From the NCBI GenBank assembly GCA_011523305.1, contig WTHB01000177.1, forward strand, positions 3,005-67,004: 64,000 nucleotides of DNA. Direction: 5' to 3'. How positions within the stretch are numbered: position 1 is the first letter of the stretch; each line of letters starts with the position of its first letter. The position numbers and the translations under genes are program-made. This DNA comes from Planctomycetaceae bacterium. Its GTDB lineage: Bacteria; Planctomycetota; Planctomycetia; Pirellulales; UBA1268. The notes below the pieces were generated by a model. The model was not told where the DNA came from and made no database searches. It saw only the letters and a program-made list of their open reading frames with translations. Positions 1 through 9,478 of the stretch are shown in pieces.

Positions 1-933
1 TTTCAGCGGATCGTGGCCCACAGTCCTGACCTGCCAGTCGTCATTCTGAGCGGACTCGCCGGAGACTCCCTCGCCCTCCAGGCAGTTCAGGAGGGCGCAC
101 AAGACTATCTACCAAAATCAGAACTGAGCAGCAGCAGCCTGGCTCGGGCCGTGCGGTACTCCGTTGAACGCCACGAACGAACGCTTGAACAACGTCGCCT
201 GGCAGCCCTCGAGCATGACCTCCACGCAGCTGCTCTCATTCAAAAGCGGCTGCTCCCCAAAGTCCCCACAAGCATTCCCGGCGTTGAGATTGCCGCCCAC
301 AGCATTCCGGCAGACGCGACGGGAGGAGATTTCTTTGACTTTTACCGCCTGCCTGATGGTCGCCTGGGCACCCTGATTGCCGATGTCAGCGGTCACGGAC
401 TTGGGGCGGCCTTCATCATGGCGTCGACCATGGGAATCATCCGTTCCCTGGTGCATGAGCATGCCGACCCCGGGACCATCCTAACAGCAGCCAATCAGCA
501 TGTTTTTGCGGAGACGAGTTCCGGGCATTTCGTGACAGCGTTTTGTGGCATGCTCGACCTTCCCCGGCAGGAATTGATTTTTGCGAACGCTGGCCATGGT
601 GGCTGGCTCCTGCACGACTCCGGTGTGATTCAAAGCCTCGACACCCCCGGTGGCTTTCCACTGGGAATCGTCGATGACCACTCCTATGAGACCTCCGGGC
701 TGCTCCGTCTCACACCGGGAACTTCGTTGATCATGCTGACTGATGGTCTCTGTGAAGCAGAAGACGATCAGGGGCAACTGTTCACGATGGATCGGGTGCA
801 CGCTGCCCTACGAGACCTGCGGGGTGCATCCGCCTCCGAGTTGGTGGAAGGCACACTGGCAGTCGTGTCGCAGTTCTGCCAGCCCCGCAAGCCACTCGAT
901 GACATGACGATGGTCGCCGTCACGATGCGCTGA
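1..933 (+). CDS. Response-regulator receiver (C-terminal part) fused to PP2C/SpoIIE-type protein phosphatase; 5' end lies outside the window
   Basis: Frame 1 is open from nt 1; the track ORF 13..933 merely starts at an internal GTG. The translation shows the end of a REC domain (VVILSGLAGDSLALQAVQEGAQDYLPK) followed by SpoIIE/PP2C motifs (GGDFFDF, IADVSGHGLGAAFIM, MLTDGL, DDMTMV). Confidence 0.8.
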   Translation, partial: FQRIVAHSPDLPVVILSGLAGDSLALQAVQEGAQDYLPKSELSSSSLARAVRYSVERHERTLEQRRLAALEHDLHAAALIQKRLLPKVPTSIPGVEIAAHSIPADATGGDFFDFYRLPDGRLGTLIADVSGHGLGAAFIMASTMGIIRSLVHEHADPGTILTAANQHVFAETSSGHFVTAFCGMLDLPRQELIFANAGHGGWLLHDSGVIQSLDTPGGFPLGIVDDHSYETSGLLRLTPGTSLIMLTDGLCEAEDDQGQLFTMDRVHAALRDLRGASASELVEGTLAVVSQFCQPRKPLDDMTMVAVTMR

Positions 934-957
934 ACACCAGCACCGCTTTTCGCCTGA

Positions 958-1971
958 CTACTCGTCCGTCGCGGGAGCGGCCGGCTGCTCGGCGGCATAG
1001 GCGGCAAACGCCGCAGCAATGTCGGCTTGCTGCTCATCACCGCGATGAAAGAGCAGGCGGTACCGCAGGGAGACTCGCTCGCCTTGCTCGAGGCTGATGG
1101 CTGCCGACTTCTTCTCCAGACCAAGTGACTTCAGCCCAAACGGATTGGCGGTGAACAGGCCATAGGTCCGGACATGCCAGGGCGTTGGGTGCCGGAAGGT
1201 GCTGGGGTGGCTGAGAAACGCAATGCCGTAGATTTTCCCGTTCACCGGGCCGTGGTAATCGACCCAGGCCGCTCGCTTCGCCCAGGCCTCGGCATCACGG
1301 TCACCCTGGCTGTTGACTATTGCACCTCCCTGCTTGGCATCGACCCGAATCGACTCCGGCACCCGGATCGAAAGTCCCGCGTCCTTGAAGTCTTCGATGG
1401 TTGCGGGGCCATGCGCTGCAACGAGGTCCATGGCAATGTCGATCTGACGATGATCCCCTGCAACCGCACAGGTCAGCCGCTGTTCAACGGCTAGCACCGG
1501 CTTCCCGCTTGGGGAAAGCATGGTGCTGACGCTGTCGATGATGGCGGTCTCACCACCGGCGAGGGTTCGATAGCTGTCATGGCGGATGCTACCGATGAAC
1601 GCAAGGTTCGGATTCTTGGGGTCTGATGCCCACGTGTCCCGCTCATGCCAGCTGTCAACTCCCGCAATCCGCTGGTGACCAAAGTTGATGCCACGGTGAT
1701 GCAGATGATCGGTTGCCTCGCCAGGCACGTTTTTCATGGGATAACTTCTGGTCATTTCCACACCGTCGGGCCCGATGACCGGCCAGAGAAATGGCTTGTT
1801 GCCCTGATCGGTCACATAGGACGTAAAGGCCTCGCCGTCGAGCGTCACCGCAATGCCGCCTCGTTCATCCTCGGCAACAACGAACCCCTCGCTGGCTGGT
1901 GCTGGAGCCACGTCCCAGAGTGCTCCGACACTGACACCGAGCATGCACACAAGCGGACGGATCAGTTTCAT
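958..1971 (-). CDS. PmoA-family / DUF6807 secreted protein
   Basis: ORF 958..2058 trimmed to the internal ATG at 1969-1971, which gives signal peptide MKLIRPLVCMLGVSVGALW. Motifs KPFLWPVIGP, DHLHHRGINFGH and VDYHGP are typical of the DUF6807/PmoA-like family. Confidence 0.6.
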   Translation of the reverse strand: MKLIRPLVCMLGVSVGALWDVAPAPASEGFVVAEDERGGIAVTLDGEAFTSYVTDQGNKPFLWPVIGPDGVEMTRSYPMKNVPGEATDHLHHRGINFGHQRIAGVDSWHERDTWASDPKNPNLAFIGSIRHDSYRTLAGGETAIIDSVSTMLSPSGKPVLAVEQRLTCAVAGDHRQIDIAMDLVAAHGPATIEDFKDAGLSIRVPESIRVDAKQGGAIVNSQGDRDAEAWAKRAAWVDYHGPVNGKIYGIAFLSHPSTFRHPTPWHVRTYGLFTANPFGLKSLGLEKKSAAISLEQGERVSLRYRLLFHRGDEQQADIAAAFAAYAAEQPAAPATDE

Positions 1972-2112
1972 CACGATATTTCCTGGGGGGGCAGCGACTG
2001 AAAATTTCGCAACGAACGGTCGGCGGGTACTCTTCACACGCTGCGACGAAACCAGCATCCCGGTGGGAAACTGGTGAACTGCATTGTAATCGTGCCGGAA
2101 ACCTGATGGGAT

Positions 2113-2124
2113 GGCGGATCCGCC
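2113..2124. promoter_or_regulatory. Perfect 12-nt palindrome GGCGGATCCGCC just upstream of the MFS transporter start
   Basis: Read directly at 2113-2124, 15 nt before the ATG at 2140, in the divergent region shared with the PmoA-like gene. Confidence 0.3.
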
Positions 2125-2139
2125 ACCCCCACCTGCCTC

Positions 2140-3375
2140 ATGCTCCGCTTTCTCCTCGCCAACCTCCGCTGGCTTGCTGCTGGCTTCCTGCTGACCTTTG
2201 CCTCAACCTGTGGGCAGACCTGGTTTATTTCGCTGTCAGCGACCGCCATTAAGCAGGAGTATGGGCTCAGCGACAGTCGCTGGGGAGGACTCTACACGCT
2301 GGCGACACTTGCCTCAGCTGCGGTCATGTTCTGGCAGGGATCGGTCGTCGACCGTGTCTCCCCACGCACCGTGGCAGGCCTCACCGCTGGCCTGTTTGCC
2401 CTGGCTGCTGCTGGGATGGCTGGCGGGCAGTCCATCTGGCTGCTGGGGCTGTCGTTGTTTCTGCTGCGATTCTGCGGCCAGGGCATGTTCGGCCATATTG
2501 CCATGACCACTGTTGGCCGCTGGTTTGTGGCCCAACGGGGGAGGGCAGTCGCCATCACCAATCTTGGGTACCCGGCCAGCGAAATCCTCCTGGCAGCACC
2601 CGCCGTGCTGATGATCAACCTGATGGGCTGGCGACAACTCTGGGCCGGCACCGCCGGCATCCTGCTGCTCGCCGTCATGCCCCTGCTGGTCTGGCTGTTG
2701 GCAGCGAGCCGTACCCCTCAGATGCAGACCGCCTCCCACGAACAGCCCGGGCTGGACGGACGGCACTGGCAGCGACGGGATGCCGTCCGCCACTGGCTGC
2801 TGCCGGCACTACTGCCAACGCTGCTCACGCCGGGGTTCATGGGAACGGTCTTGTTTTTCCAGCAGACCAACATCGCTTCGACAAAACACTGGAGCCTGGT
2901 GGCGATGGCTCCCGGCTTCAGTTGCTTTGCGATGGCCGGCGTGCTTGCTTCCTTCGCTGCGGGCTGGGTGGTTGACCGCCTTGGGGGTGCGCGGCTGCTG
3001 CCGGTGCTATTGGTCCCCATTGGGATCGGCATGGCCGCCATCGGCATGGCCACCCACATTGCCACCTGGTACGTCGCCTTGGCCATGATGGGCGTCACGA
3101 TGGGCATGGCCAGCGCCCTCTGGGGCGCCTTCCTGCCCACGCTCTATGGCACCCGGCACCTCGGTGCGATCCGCTCACTCTCCACCACGATTATGGTGTT
3201 CTCCACGGCGCTGGGACCCGGCCTCACCGGGCTGCTGATTGATCAGGGCATCGACGTACCCACCCAGTGTCTCGGGCTGGCCGTCTGGTGCTTTGCCATC
3301 TCCGCTGGGTCGCTACTCATCAAGCGACGCCTCAGCCGAGAACTGGCTTTAACAGCACAGGATCACCAGCCGTAG
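2140..3375 (+). CDS. MFS transporter
   Basis: 411 aa with about 12 hydrophobic segments in a two-halves MFS layout. ATG at 2140. The 3' end overlaps the convergent TRAP permease gene by 13 nt (3363..3375). Confidence 0.75.
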   Translation: MLRFLLANLRWLAAGFLLTFASTCGQTWFISLSATAIKQEYGLSDSRWGGLYTLATLASAAVMFWQGSVVDRVSPRTVAGLTAGLFALAAAGMAGGQSIWLLGLSLFLLRFCGQGMFGHIAMTTVGRWFVAQRGRAVAITNLGYPASEILLAAPAVLMINLMGWRQLWAGTAGILLLAVMPLLVWLLAASRTPQMQTASHEQPGLDGRHWQRRDAVRHWLLPALLPTLLTPGFMGTVLFFQQTNIASTKHWSLVAMAPGFSCFAMAGVLASFAAGWVVDRLGGARLLPVLLVPIGIGMAAIGMATHIATWYVALAMMGVTMGMASALWGAFLPTLYGTRHLGAIRSLSTTIMVFSTALGPGLTGLLIDQGIDVPTQCLGLAVWCFAISAGSLLIKRRLSRELALTAQDHQP

Positions 3376-5495
3376 ATCAGCCGAGGAAGCCAAAGGACCA
3401 GCGAGCCGCCTAGCAGGAACACCAGCAGCAGGCCCACCATTTGCAGCGTGACAAAGGGCACGACACCGCGGTAAAGATCAATCAGTTTGACTTCGGGTGG
3501 TGCAACACCCTTGAGGTAAAAGAGGGCAAACCCGACCGGTGGTGTCAGAAATGAAGTCTGAAGGCAAACCGCCATCAAGACACAGAACCAGATCGTGTTG
3601 GCCGTGGCACGGGCGGCGGCGTAGCCATCGGTTCCACTGAAGTCCGCCGGATCGACAAGCCCAAGTTCCATCCCGCTGACGGTGCCCACTACCAGCGGCA
3701 GGACGATTATAGTGATTTCAATCCAATCAAGAAAAAAGCCGAGCAGGAAGACCACTGCCAGGATCGTACCGACCACACCGGAAGGCCCAAACGGCAGACT
3801 CTCGAGCCCCAGCCGAATCAGACTGTCACCGCCGAGTTCCCGCAGCATGAAGGCAAAGCAGGTGGCCCCGATCAGAATGCCGACGATCGATCCCGTAATC
3901 GCCAGCGCATCAACGCAAGTCCGCCAGCCTTCACGGACAAGGCTGCTGATGCCACCCGCAGCATCAGTTCGCTCGACTTGCAGCCAGTGACAGATCGCCA
4001 GCAGGCTGGCACCAACCGCTCCCACTCCACTGGCCTCGGTCACTGTCGCGATACCGGCAAAGATTGAACCGAGCACAAGCAGGATCAGCGCAATAGCCGG
4101 CAGGATGGCAAGCACGGCGTCATAGACCACCCGCATGGTCACCGGCGTCGCGTCAGCTGCCAACGGTGCCCGACCGGGTGTGAGCCAACCGGTCACGAGC
4201 AGATAACTGATATAGAGCCCACTGAGCAGGATGCTGGGAAAGACTGCCCCCATGAAAAGATCTCCCACTGGCACGGACGCCTGATCGGCCATGATCACCA
4301 GCATGATGCTCGGTGGCATCAGAATGCCGAGCGTCCCAGATGCACAGACGGTGCCAGTCGCCAGCGGCCGGTCGTAGCCCTGCTCAAGCATCACCGGGAG
4401 GCTGATCAGTCCTAGCAGCACCACCGATGCTCCAATGATGCCGGTGCTGGCTGCCAGCACGATACCGATCACAACAACACTGATCGCCAGCCCCCCGCGA
4501 AGCCGTCCACACAGCCGCTGCATCGACTGCATCATCCGTTCGGCAATACCGCTGCGGTCGAGGAGCAGACCCATGAAGATGAACATCGGCAGGGCGACGA
4601 GTTCAGGCTTGTTGAGCAGTCCGCCGTAGATCCGGTTGACAAAGGCCGCTGCCGTGCCGAGGTAGAACTTCGTGCCGGAGTGGTCGGCATTGAGTGTGTA
4701 CCCGACAAAATCAGCCGTATACCCAACCCCAATAAAGGCGACGGCAACCCCACCCAACACGAAGGGAAGGGGAAAGCCAGAAAACAGAGTGGCGACAAAG
4801 GTCGCAGCCAGGAGCACTGCGAGCGCATAGGCTGGCTCGATTCGTCCCACCCACCAGGCAAGCGAGCCGACCAGGGCGACAATCACAGCCACGAGGACCG
4901 TTCGTTGGAGACTGCCTCGCTGCCAACCACTGTGACTAGCCGGATGCGTGACGGTGACCTGTCGCACCATTGACAGCGAACGAATCAGCCGGGCAACGCC
5001 CGCCAACCCCACCAGCGCAAAGCCAAGTGGTAGGGCTGCCTTCACCAGAAAGGTCCAGGGAAGACCCTGGTCATTGACCGAACGTTCACCGATGGTGAAC
5101 GACTGGATGACCGCGGCGAAACCATGCCAACAGAGCAAACCTGCCAGTGGCAACAGCAACAGTAGCAACCCGCTCACCTCAATACGGGCTCTGGTCTGCG
5201 GCCCAAATCGCTGATGCAGGAGATCAAGCCTCACATGGCTGTCAGTCACCACGCCATAGCCAAGACTGAGGGTGATCAGGAAAGCATAGAGCTGCCAGTG
5301 AAGCTCTTCCAGCCAGACAAGACTGATGCCACAGGCATACCGCAGGATCACATGAACGACGATCGCAGCCGTCAGCACGAGAAACAGCCCGGCTGCCACC
5401 TGCCCCACCCACCGCACCAACGCATCCAAGGCATCCGCAACCCGCGCGGCATGATCCGTCTGGTCTCCGGCAGCTCGTCCCGAAGCAGCACTCAC
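3363..5495 (-). CDS. TRAP transporter fused small/large permease (DctQ-DctM fusion)
   Basis: 710 aa polytopic membrane protein. The N-terminal ~180 aa is DctQ-like and the rest DctM-like (GIAERMMQSM, GILMPPSIMLVI, TPPVGFALFYLKG). The GTG start at 5493-5495 overlaps the dctP stop (GTGA), suggesting translational coupling. Confidence 0.85.
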   Translation of the reverse strand: MSAASGRAAGDQTDHAARVADALDALVRWVGQVAAGLFLVLTAAIVVHVILRYACGISLVWLEELHWQLYAFLITLSLGYGVVTDSHVRLDLLHQRFGPQTRARIEVSGLLLLLLPLAGLLCWHGFAAVIQSFTIGERSVNDQGLPWTFLVKAALPLGFALVGLAGVARLIRSLSMVRQVTVTHPASHSGWQRGSLQRTVLVAVIVALVGSLAWWVGRIEPAYALAVLLAATFVATLFSGFPLPFVLGGVAVAFIGVGYTADFVGYTLNADHSGTKFYLGTAAAFVNRIYGGLLNKPELVALPMFIFMGLLLDRSGIAERMMQSMQRLCGRLRGGLAISVVVIGIVLAASTGIIGASVVLLGLISLPVMLEQGYDRPLATGTVCASGTLGILMPPSIMLVIMADQASVPVGDLFMGAVFPSILLSGLYISYLLVTGWLTPGRAPLAADATPVTMRVVYDAVLAILPAIALILLVLGSIFAGIATVTEASGVGAVGASLLAICHWLQVERTDAAGGISSLVREGWRTCVDALAITGSIVGILIGATCFAFMLRELGGDSLIRLGLESLPFGPSGVVGTILAVVFLLGFFLDWIEITIIVLPLVVGTVSGMELGLVDPADFSGTDGYAAARATANTIWFCVLMAVCLQTSFLTPPVGFALFYLKGVAPPEVKLIDLYRGVVPFVTLQMVGLLLVFLLGGSLVLWLPRLIYGW

Positions 5496-6613
5496 GGTGT
5501 GGCCTGCGGGCGAGGCTGCGCGGGGGGCCGCGGCATAAAGGCAAGTTCACTCCAGACGCGGTAGTCCTCACGAAAGGCCTGCAGGTGTTCCCAGACCTCT
5601 TTGAAGAATGGATCGCTGGCCGCCTCCCGCGCTGCAACCTGCTCCCACGTCGAGCGGTACGTCGCCAGCATGGCATCCGACCAATACCGGTTCTCAACAC
5701 CCCGCTCCTCAACGTTTCGACGAATGGCGGCGGCCTGGATTGCCTCACTCTTGGCAAAGCTATCGAGCATCGCCGCGCGACAGGCATTCTCGATCACGGC
5801 CCGGTCAGCAGCCGACAGGGACTTCCAGATGCTTTTATTGACCAGCAGTTCAAGGATCGTGGCCTGCTGGTGCCAGCCGGGGTAGTAGTTGTAGTGAGCA
5901 GCCCGGTAGAAACCGAGTTTCTCATCGATGGCCGGCATCGAAAACTCAGTGGCGTCGAGCAGATTCTTCTCAAGCGCCTGAAAGATCTCGCCGCCCGGCA
6001 TCACCGTCACGGCCACCCCCAGATCCTGCATCACCTGACCACCCAGGCCATAGAACCGCATCTTCAGTCCCTGGAGATCGGCAGGGGAATTGACCGGCCT
6101 CCGAAACCAGCCGCTGGTTTCCGCTGCGAGCAGAGCACAGGGCAGGGGAACGACATTGAAGCCCGCCTCGTCATACATGCGTTGCTCCAGTTCCAGCCCC
6201 CCACCGTAGTACATCCAGGCGACATACTCTCCTGCCTCGGGCCCAAATGGCACGGAGCTGAACAGCGGGGCTGCCGGCATCTTGCCTGCCCAGAAGCCAG
6301 CCGGCCCGAACCCCCCTTCAATCGTGCCAGTGGCAACGGCATCAAGCACCTCCAGCGGTGGCACCAGTGCCCCCGGCTCGTGAACAGTCAACTCCACGCG
6401 GTTGCCGGTCATTGCCGCAACCTGTTCGGCGACGCCCTGAATTGCATCTCCAAGACCGGGAAGATTTGTAGGCTGGCAGGTGGCGATCTTGAGATCAACC
6501 TTTACACCACCAGGTTGCACACTCCCTATCCGCCTGCTGCCAACCGGCTCACAGCCTGCACCAAGCAGACAGGCCAGCAGGCAAAGAGCCGTTGTGATGC
6601 GCCTGTTCACCAT
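5492..6613 (-). CDS. TRAP transporter periplasmic solute-binding protein (DctP family, COG4663-like)
   Basis: 373 aa with lipoprotein-like signal peptide (LLACLLGAGC) and family-7 SBP features (GWFRRPVNSPADLQGLKMR, PGGEIFQALEKNLLDATEF). Lies directly upstream of the fused permease. Confidence 0.85.
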   Translation of the reverse strand: MVNRRITTALCLLACLLGAGCEPVGSRRIGSVQPGGVKVDLKIATCQPTNLPGLGDAIQGVAEQVAAMTGNRVELTVHEPGALVPPLEVLDAVATGTIEGGFGPAGFWAGKMPAAPLFSSVPFGPEAGEYVAWMYYGGGLELEQRMYDEAGFNVVPLPCALLAAETSGWFRRPVNSPADLQGLKMRFYGLGGQVMQDLGVAVTVMPGGEIFQALEKNLLDATEFSMPAIDEKLGFYRAAHYNYYPGWHQQATILELLVNKSIWKSLSAADRAVIENACRAAMLDSFAKSEAIQAAAIRRNVEERGVENRYWSDAMLATYRSTWEQVAAREAASDPFFKEVWEHLQAFREDYRVWSELAFMPRPPAQPRPQATP

Positions 6614-6678
6614 GGTGTCTGCCTGCCTGGCCTTTCCCGCCTCTCGGCTCCAGGTCGGAAGCCAAGTCTGGCTGTCCG

Positions 6679-8190
6679 CTAGAGCCCCGGGTCGAATTCG
6701 AGAATGGTACCCGAGGCAATCGTGAGCTCATCCGCGACCGGCAACAGTTCCGTCATCCCCTCAACCGCAGCCTGCAGGGCATACCGACCAGCTGGAATCA
6801 AGTAGGTGTATCCGACAACCTGCCGATTGCCGCCAGGACCCTGCTTTTTTCGAACAGAGAGCAGTGGGGGCACCGCCGACTGCTGCCCTCCATCTTCATC
6901 CGCAACCACCGCTTGCTGATCGAGGGGAATGAGATCCCAGCCAGCAAGGTCTTCCAGGTTCCCCGTCAGCCGGATGCCCGTATTGAGAGGAACCATCACA
7001 TCCTTCCCGGGCTCTACCGTCACACCGCGGGCAACGACCGTGCTTTCCGGCTTCCCGCCTGAGTACACAAGCCGGACATCGTAGATGCCTGGAACGACCG
7101 GCTTTGGCTTAAAATTGTAGTAGCCGTTGTTGTTGTCATGAACAGTCGCCACGGCCTGATCCGTTCCTGCATTGACCACTTCAACTGTTTCAATGTTGAG
7201 CCCTGTCTCCCATGGGGCATCAGCAACTTCCTGCGGCAGATCGAACGAGATGCTGCCCAGCACCACCTCTCGAGTCTCCCCCTTTGTCACGGTGACCCGT
7301 CCCAAATCTGCCCAGGTTGACTCGCCGAAGTTCGGCTGGGCAAAACTGATGCGGAGCGAATAGTCACCGCTGAGAAGAGGGTGGAGAGCATCTGCCTGAA
7401 CACCCGCCACGTCCTTGACGACTGCGCCGTCCTTACTCCGAAGAATCTGAAACTGCTTCAGGCTTTTCTCCGCGTTTTGTGGCATGGCCACCCGCAGTTT
7501 GCCCAGCCCACTGCTCGCCTTAACGACCTCAGCCTTGGCTGCCTCAGCCTTGCCCGCCACCTCAATGGTCACCGCCTTCAAGGCATCGAGCAGAGCGTTG
7601 GCATCAGCGGCCTCAAAGTAGGTACCACCGCCGGCTTTCGCCATGCACTCGAGCTGCTGGCGGGCTTTGGCATCAACATCCAGACCCACTGTATGGAGCA
7701 CGAAATTGATGCCACTCTTTTTGAGTTGTGCGACGACCTTACAGGGGTCACCCCCACAGGTATCAACACCGTCACTGACCAGAATGATGCTCGTCTCTGC
7801 ATCTTTCAGTTTGATCGCTGCTGCCACCTGAAGAAGTGAGCGAGCGAGCGGTGTCTTGCCAACCGGCTTCATCCGCTCCACCTGCTCCAAAATCACCTGG
7901 CGATCGGCCTGCCCCGCCTTGACGAGTATCTCAATGTCACTGCAATCACCTGGACGTCGATGACCGTAGACCGTCAGGCCCACCGGCACCTCAGTCGGAA
8001 TTGCTGGGACGACCTCTCGCATGACCTGCTTGGCGGCTGCGATTTTCACTTCGCCACCAATCTTCCCGGCCATGCTGCCAGAAGAATCGAGAATGAACAT
8101 GACCTCGGGAAGTGTCGCAGTCGCCACACTGGCAGCGGCCAAAGACACCCAGGCCACAACGACAGAAAGAAACAGGGGCAATCGTTTCAT
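6679..8190 (-). CDS. Secreted von Willebrand factor A (VWA) domain protein with C-terminal beta-sandwich repeats
   Basis: ORF 6679..8316 trimmed to the ATG at 8188-8190, which has GGAGGA 8 nt upstream and gives signal peptide MKRLPLFLSVVVAWVSLAAASVATA. The MIDAS motif is LDSSGSMAG. The untrimmed ORF would run through the terminator hairpin at 8295..8320. Confidence 0.75.
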   Translation of the reverse strand: MKRLPLFLSVVVAWVSLAAASVATATLPEVMFILDSSGSMAGKIGGEVKIAAAKQVMREVVPAIPTEVPVGLTVYGHRRPGDCSDIEILVKAGQADRQVILEQVERMKPVGKTPLARSLLQVAAAIKLKDAETSIILVSDGVDTCGGDPCKVVAQLKKSGINFVLHTVGLDVDAKARQQLECMAKAGGGTYFEAADANALLDALKAVTIEVAGKAEAAKAEVVKASSGLGKLRVAMPQNAEKSLKQFQILRSKDGAVVKDVAGVQADALHPLLSGDYSLRISFAQPNFGESTWADLGRVTVTKGETREVVLGSISFDLPQEVADAPWETGLNIETVEVVNAGTDQAVATVHDNNNGYYNFKPKPVVPGIYDVRLVYSGGKPESTVVARGVTVEPGKDVMVPLNTGIRLTGNLEDLAGWDLIPLDQQAVVADEDGGQQSAVPPLLSVRKKQGPGGNRQVVGYTYLIPAGRYALQAAVEGMTELLPVADELTIASGTILEFDPGL

Positions 8191-8286
8191 GGCATATCCT
8201 CCGGGGGGCTTTCGTATCGTACCTTCCCCAGCCCTGCCCTTCACCCCTTCAACGACTGCTGGCCAGCGAGGTTTCGACGTGTTGTT

Positions 8287-8320
8287 AAAAAAACGGCGGT
8301 GCCGGATCACCGGCACCGCC
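8287..8320 (-). terminator. Rho-independent terminator downstream of the DUF326 gene
   Basis: Perfect 11-bp stem ggcggtgccgg (8295-8305) / ccggcaccgcc (8310-8320) with loop atca. The A-run at 8287-8293 on the + strand is a U-run following the hairpin on the - strand. Located 34 nt after the stop at 8354. Confidence 0.65.
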
Positions 8321-8353
8321 GCTCACGACCCAGGCAAACCGACCTGCCCGTGA

Positions 8354-8752
8354 TTAGCCGGCCATGGCTCGGCAGGTTTCCACACACCGCTGGCAGGCCT
8401 TGGCACAGGTCTGACAGCAGGGCATGTCACCACACTCGAGGCAGGCTTTCGCGCAGGCCTCACAGGCATCGGCACAGAGGCCGCACATCTTTGGCGAGAG
8501 AGCTGACTCATACTGCATCAAGGCCACGCACGTCTGGCAGGTCTCGATACAGGTGAGGCAGTCCTTCTCGCACATTGCGCAATCGCAGCCGATCACGCAT
8601 TCCCGGCAGGCCTGCAGGCAGGCGTTGCACGCCTCGATGCAGGCAGCCTTCTTGGCTGGGTCCATCGCCGTCTCGGCCGCAGGTGCCGAACTGGAAGAAA
8701 GGGCCAGCCCAAGGGCAAGCGCCGGAAAAAACAGGGTCAATGCACGTAACAT
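8354..8752 (-). CDS. Secreted cysteine-rich four-helix-bundle metal (copper)-binding protein, DUF326-like
   Basis: ORF trimmed to the ATG at 8750-8752, with AAGGAG upstream. Signal peptide MLRALTLFFPALALGLALSSSSAPA. The mature ~105 aa contains 24 Cys in repeated CxxxC/CxxC spacing (ACIEACNACLQACRECVIGCDCAMCEKDCLTCIETCQTC ... CGLCADACEACAKACLECGDMPCCQTCAKACQRCVETC). Confidence 0.75.
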   Translation of the reverse strand: MLRALTLFFPALALGLALSSSSAPAAETAMDPAKKAACIEACNACLQACRECVIGCDCAMCEKDCLTCIETCQTCVALMQYESALSPKMCGLCADACEACAKACLECGDMPCCQTCAKACQRCVETCRAMAG

Positions 8753-8869
8753 GGAAATCTCCTTCGGAGTGGAGGCACCCACCGCAAGCCAACGGCAGTA
8801 GATGCCGGAAACGAATCTTCAGCGAGCGTCACGCAACGCTCGCCATCACGAAACCGCGTTCCGTGCGAT

Positions 8870-9346
8870 TCAGTTCCTCCAGACACCGTAAAGAATCCGC
8901 ACCGGGCGCTCGGGAAAGCGACTGGTCACCAGCGGCATGCGGGCCTTCGTCGAAGGCTGGCTGGTGATCGCTTCACACGAACGGGGCAGCACACCCAAGG
9001 CCCCTTCTGCTGCTGCAGTGGTTTCCGGTGAAACAGCAGCAGCATGATCCCGTGCCGTCAGTTGGCAGTGACAGGGGTGCTCGGCAGGTGACTCGGGGTA
9101 CAACCCTGGATCGACCGCGGCAAACTCACTGATGCAAGACCCACAACAGCCTGGGGAACGATCCACCGACTCCGTACCAGCCACTGCCGGCGAACAGCAC
9201 GACGACGCACCATCTCCGACCGCAGCCTCGCATGCCGCTTCATCCGCCTGACAACAGGCACAGGGACAGATCCCCCCGGCCAGCAGGCCGATAACCGCGA
9301 CACCAACGGCCACGCCCCGCAGGGACAGAAATGGTCTTGAGTGCAT
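8870..9346 (-). CDS. Hypothetical membrane-anchored Cys-cluster protein
   Basis: ORF 8870..9361, with alternative ATGs at 9361 and 9346. N-terminal hydrophobic anchor (GVAVGVAVIGLLAGG) followed by Cys clusters CPCACC, SSCCSP, GCCGSC and HPCHC. I recognise no family. Coding status rests on ORF length, position between real genes, and motif structure. Confidence 0.45.
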   Translation of the reverse strand: MHSRPFLSLRGVAVGVAVIGLLAGGICPCACCQADEAACEAAVGDGASSCCSPAVAGTESVDRSPGCCGSCISEFAAVDPGLYPESPAEHPCHCQLTARDHAAAVSPETTAAAEGALGVLPRSCEAITSQPSTKARMPLVTSRFPERPVRILYGVWRN

Positions 9347-9478
9347 TTGTCGAAAAGGCATGTGACGCTCATCCAGTGGCCTATTCTACGCAGCAGCGAA
9401 AGATCCGTTCAAAACAGCACGCTGGCCCGGGAATCTCCGCCCGGAAATCCCTGCCCGACAGTCTGGGGGCCACGCCTG

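Noticed and set aside
3700-3735. TATAAT hexamer and AT-rich stretch inside the TRAP permease gene as a possible internal promoter.
   Set aside because: The stretch encodes a hydrophobic segment (FFLDWIEITIIV) whose amino acids force A/T-rich codons, and there is no properly spaced -35 element.
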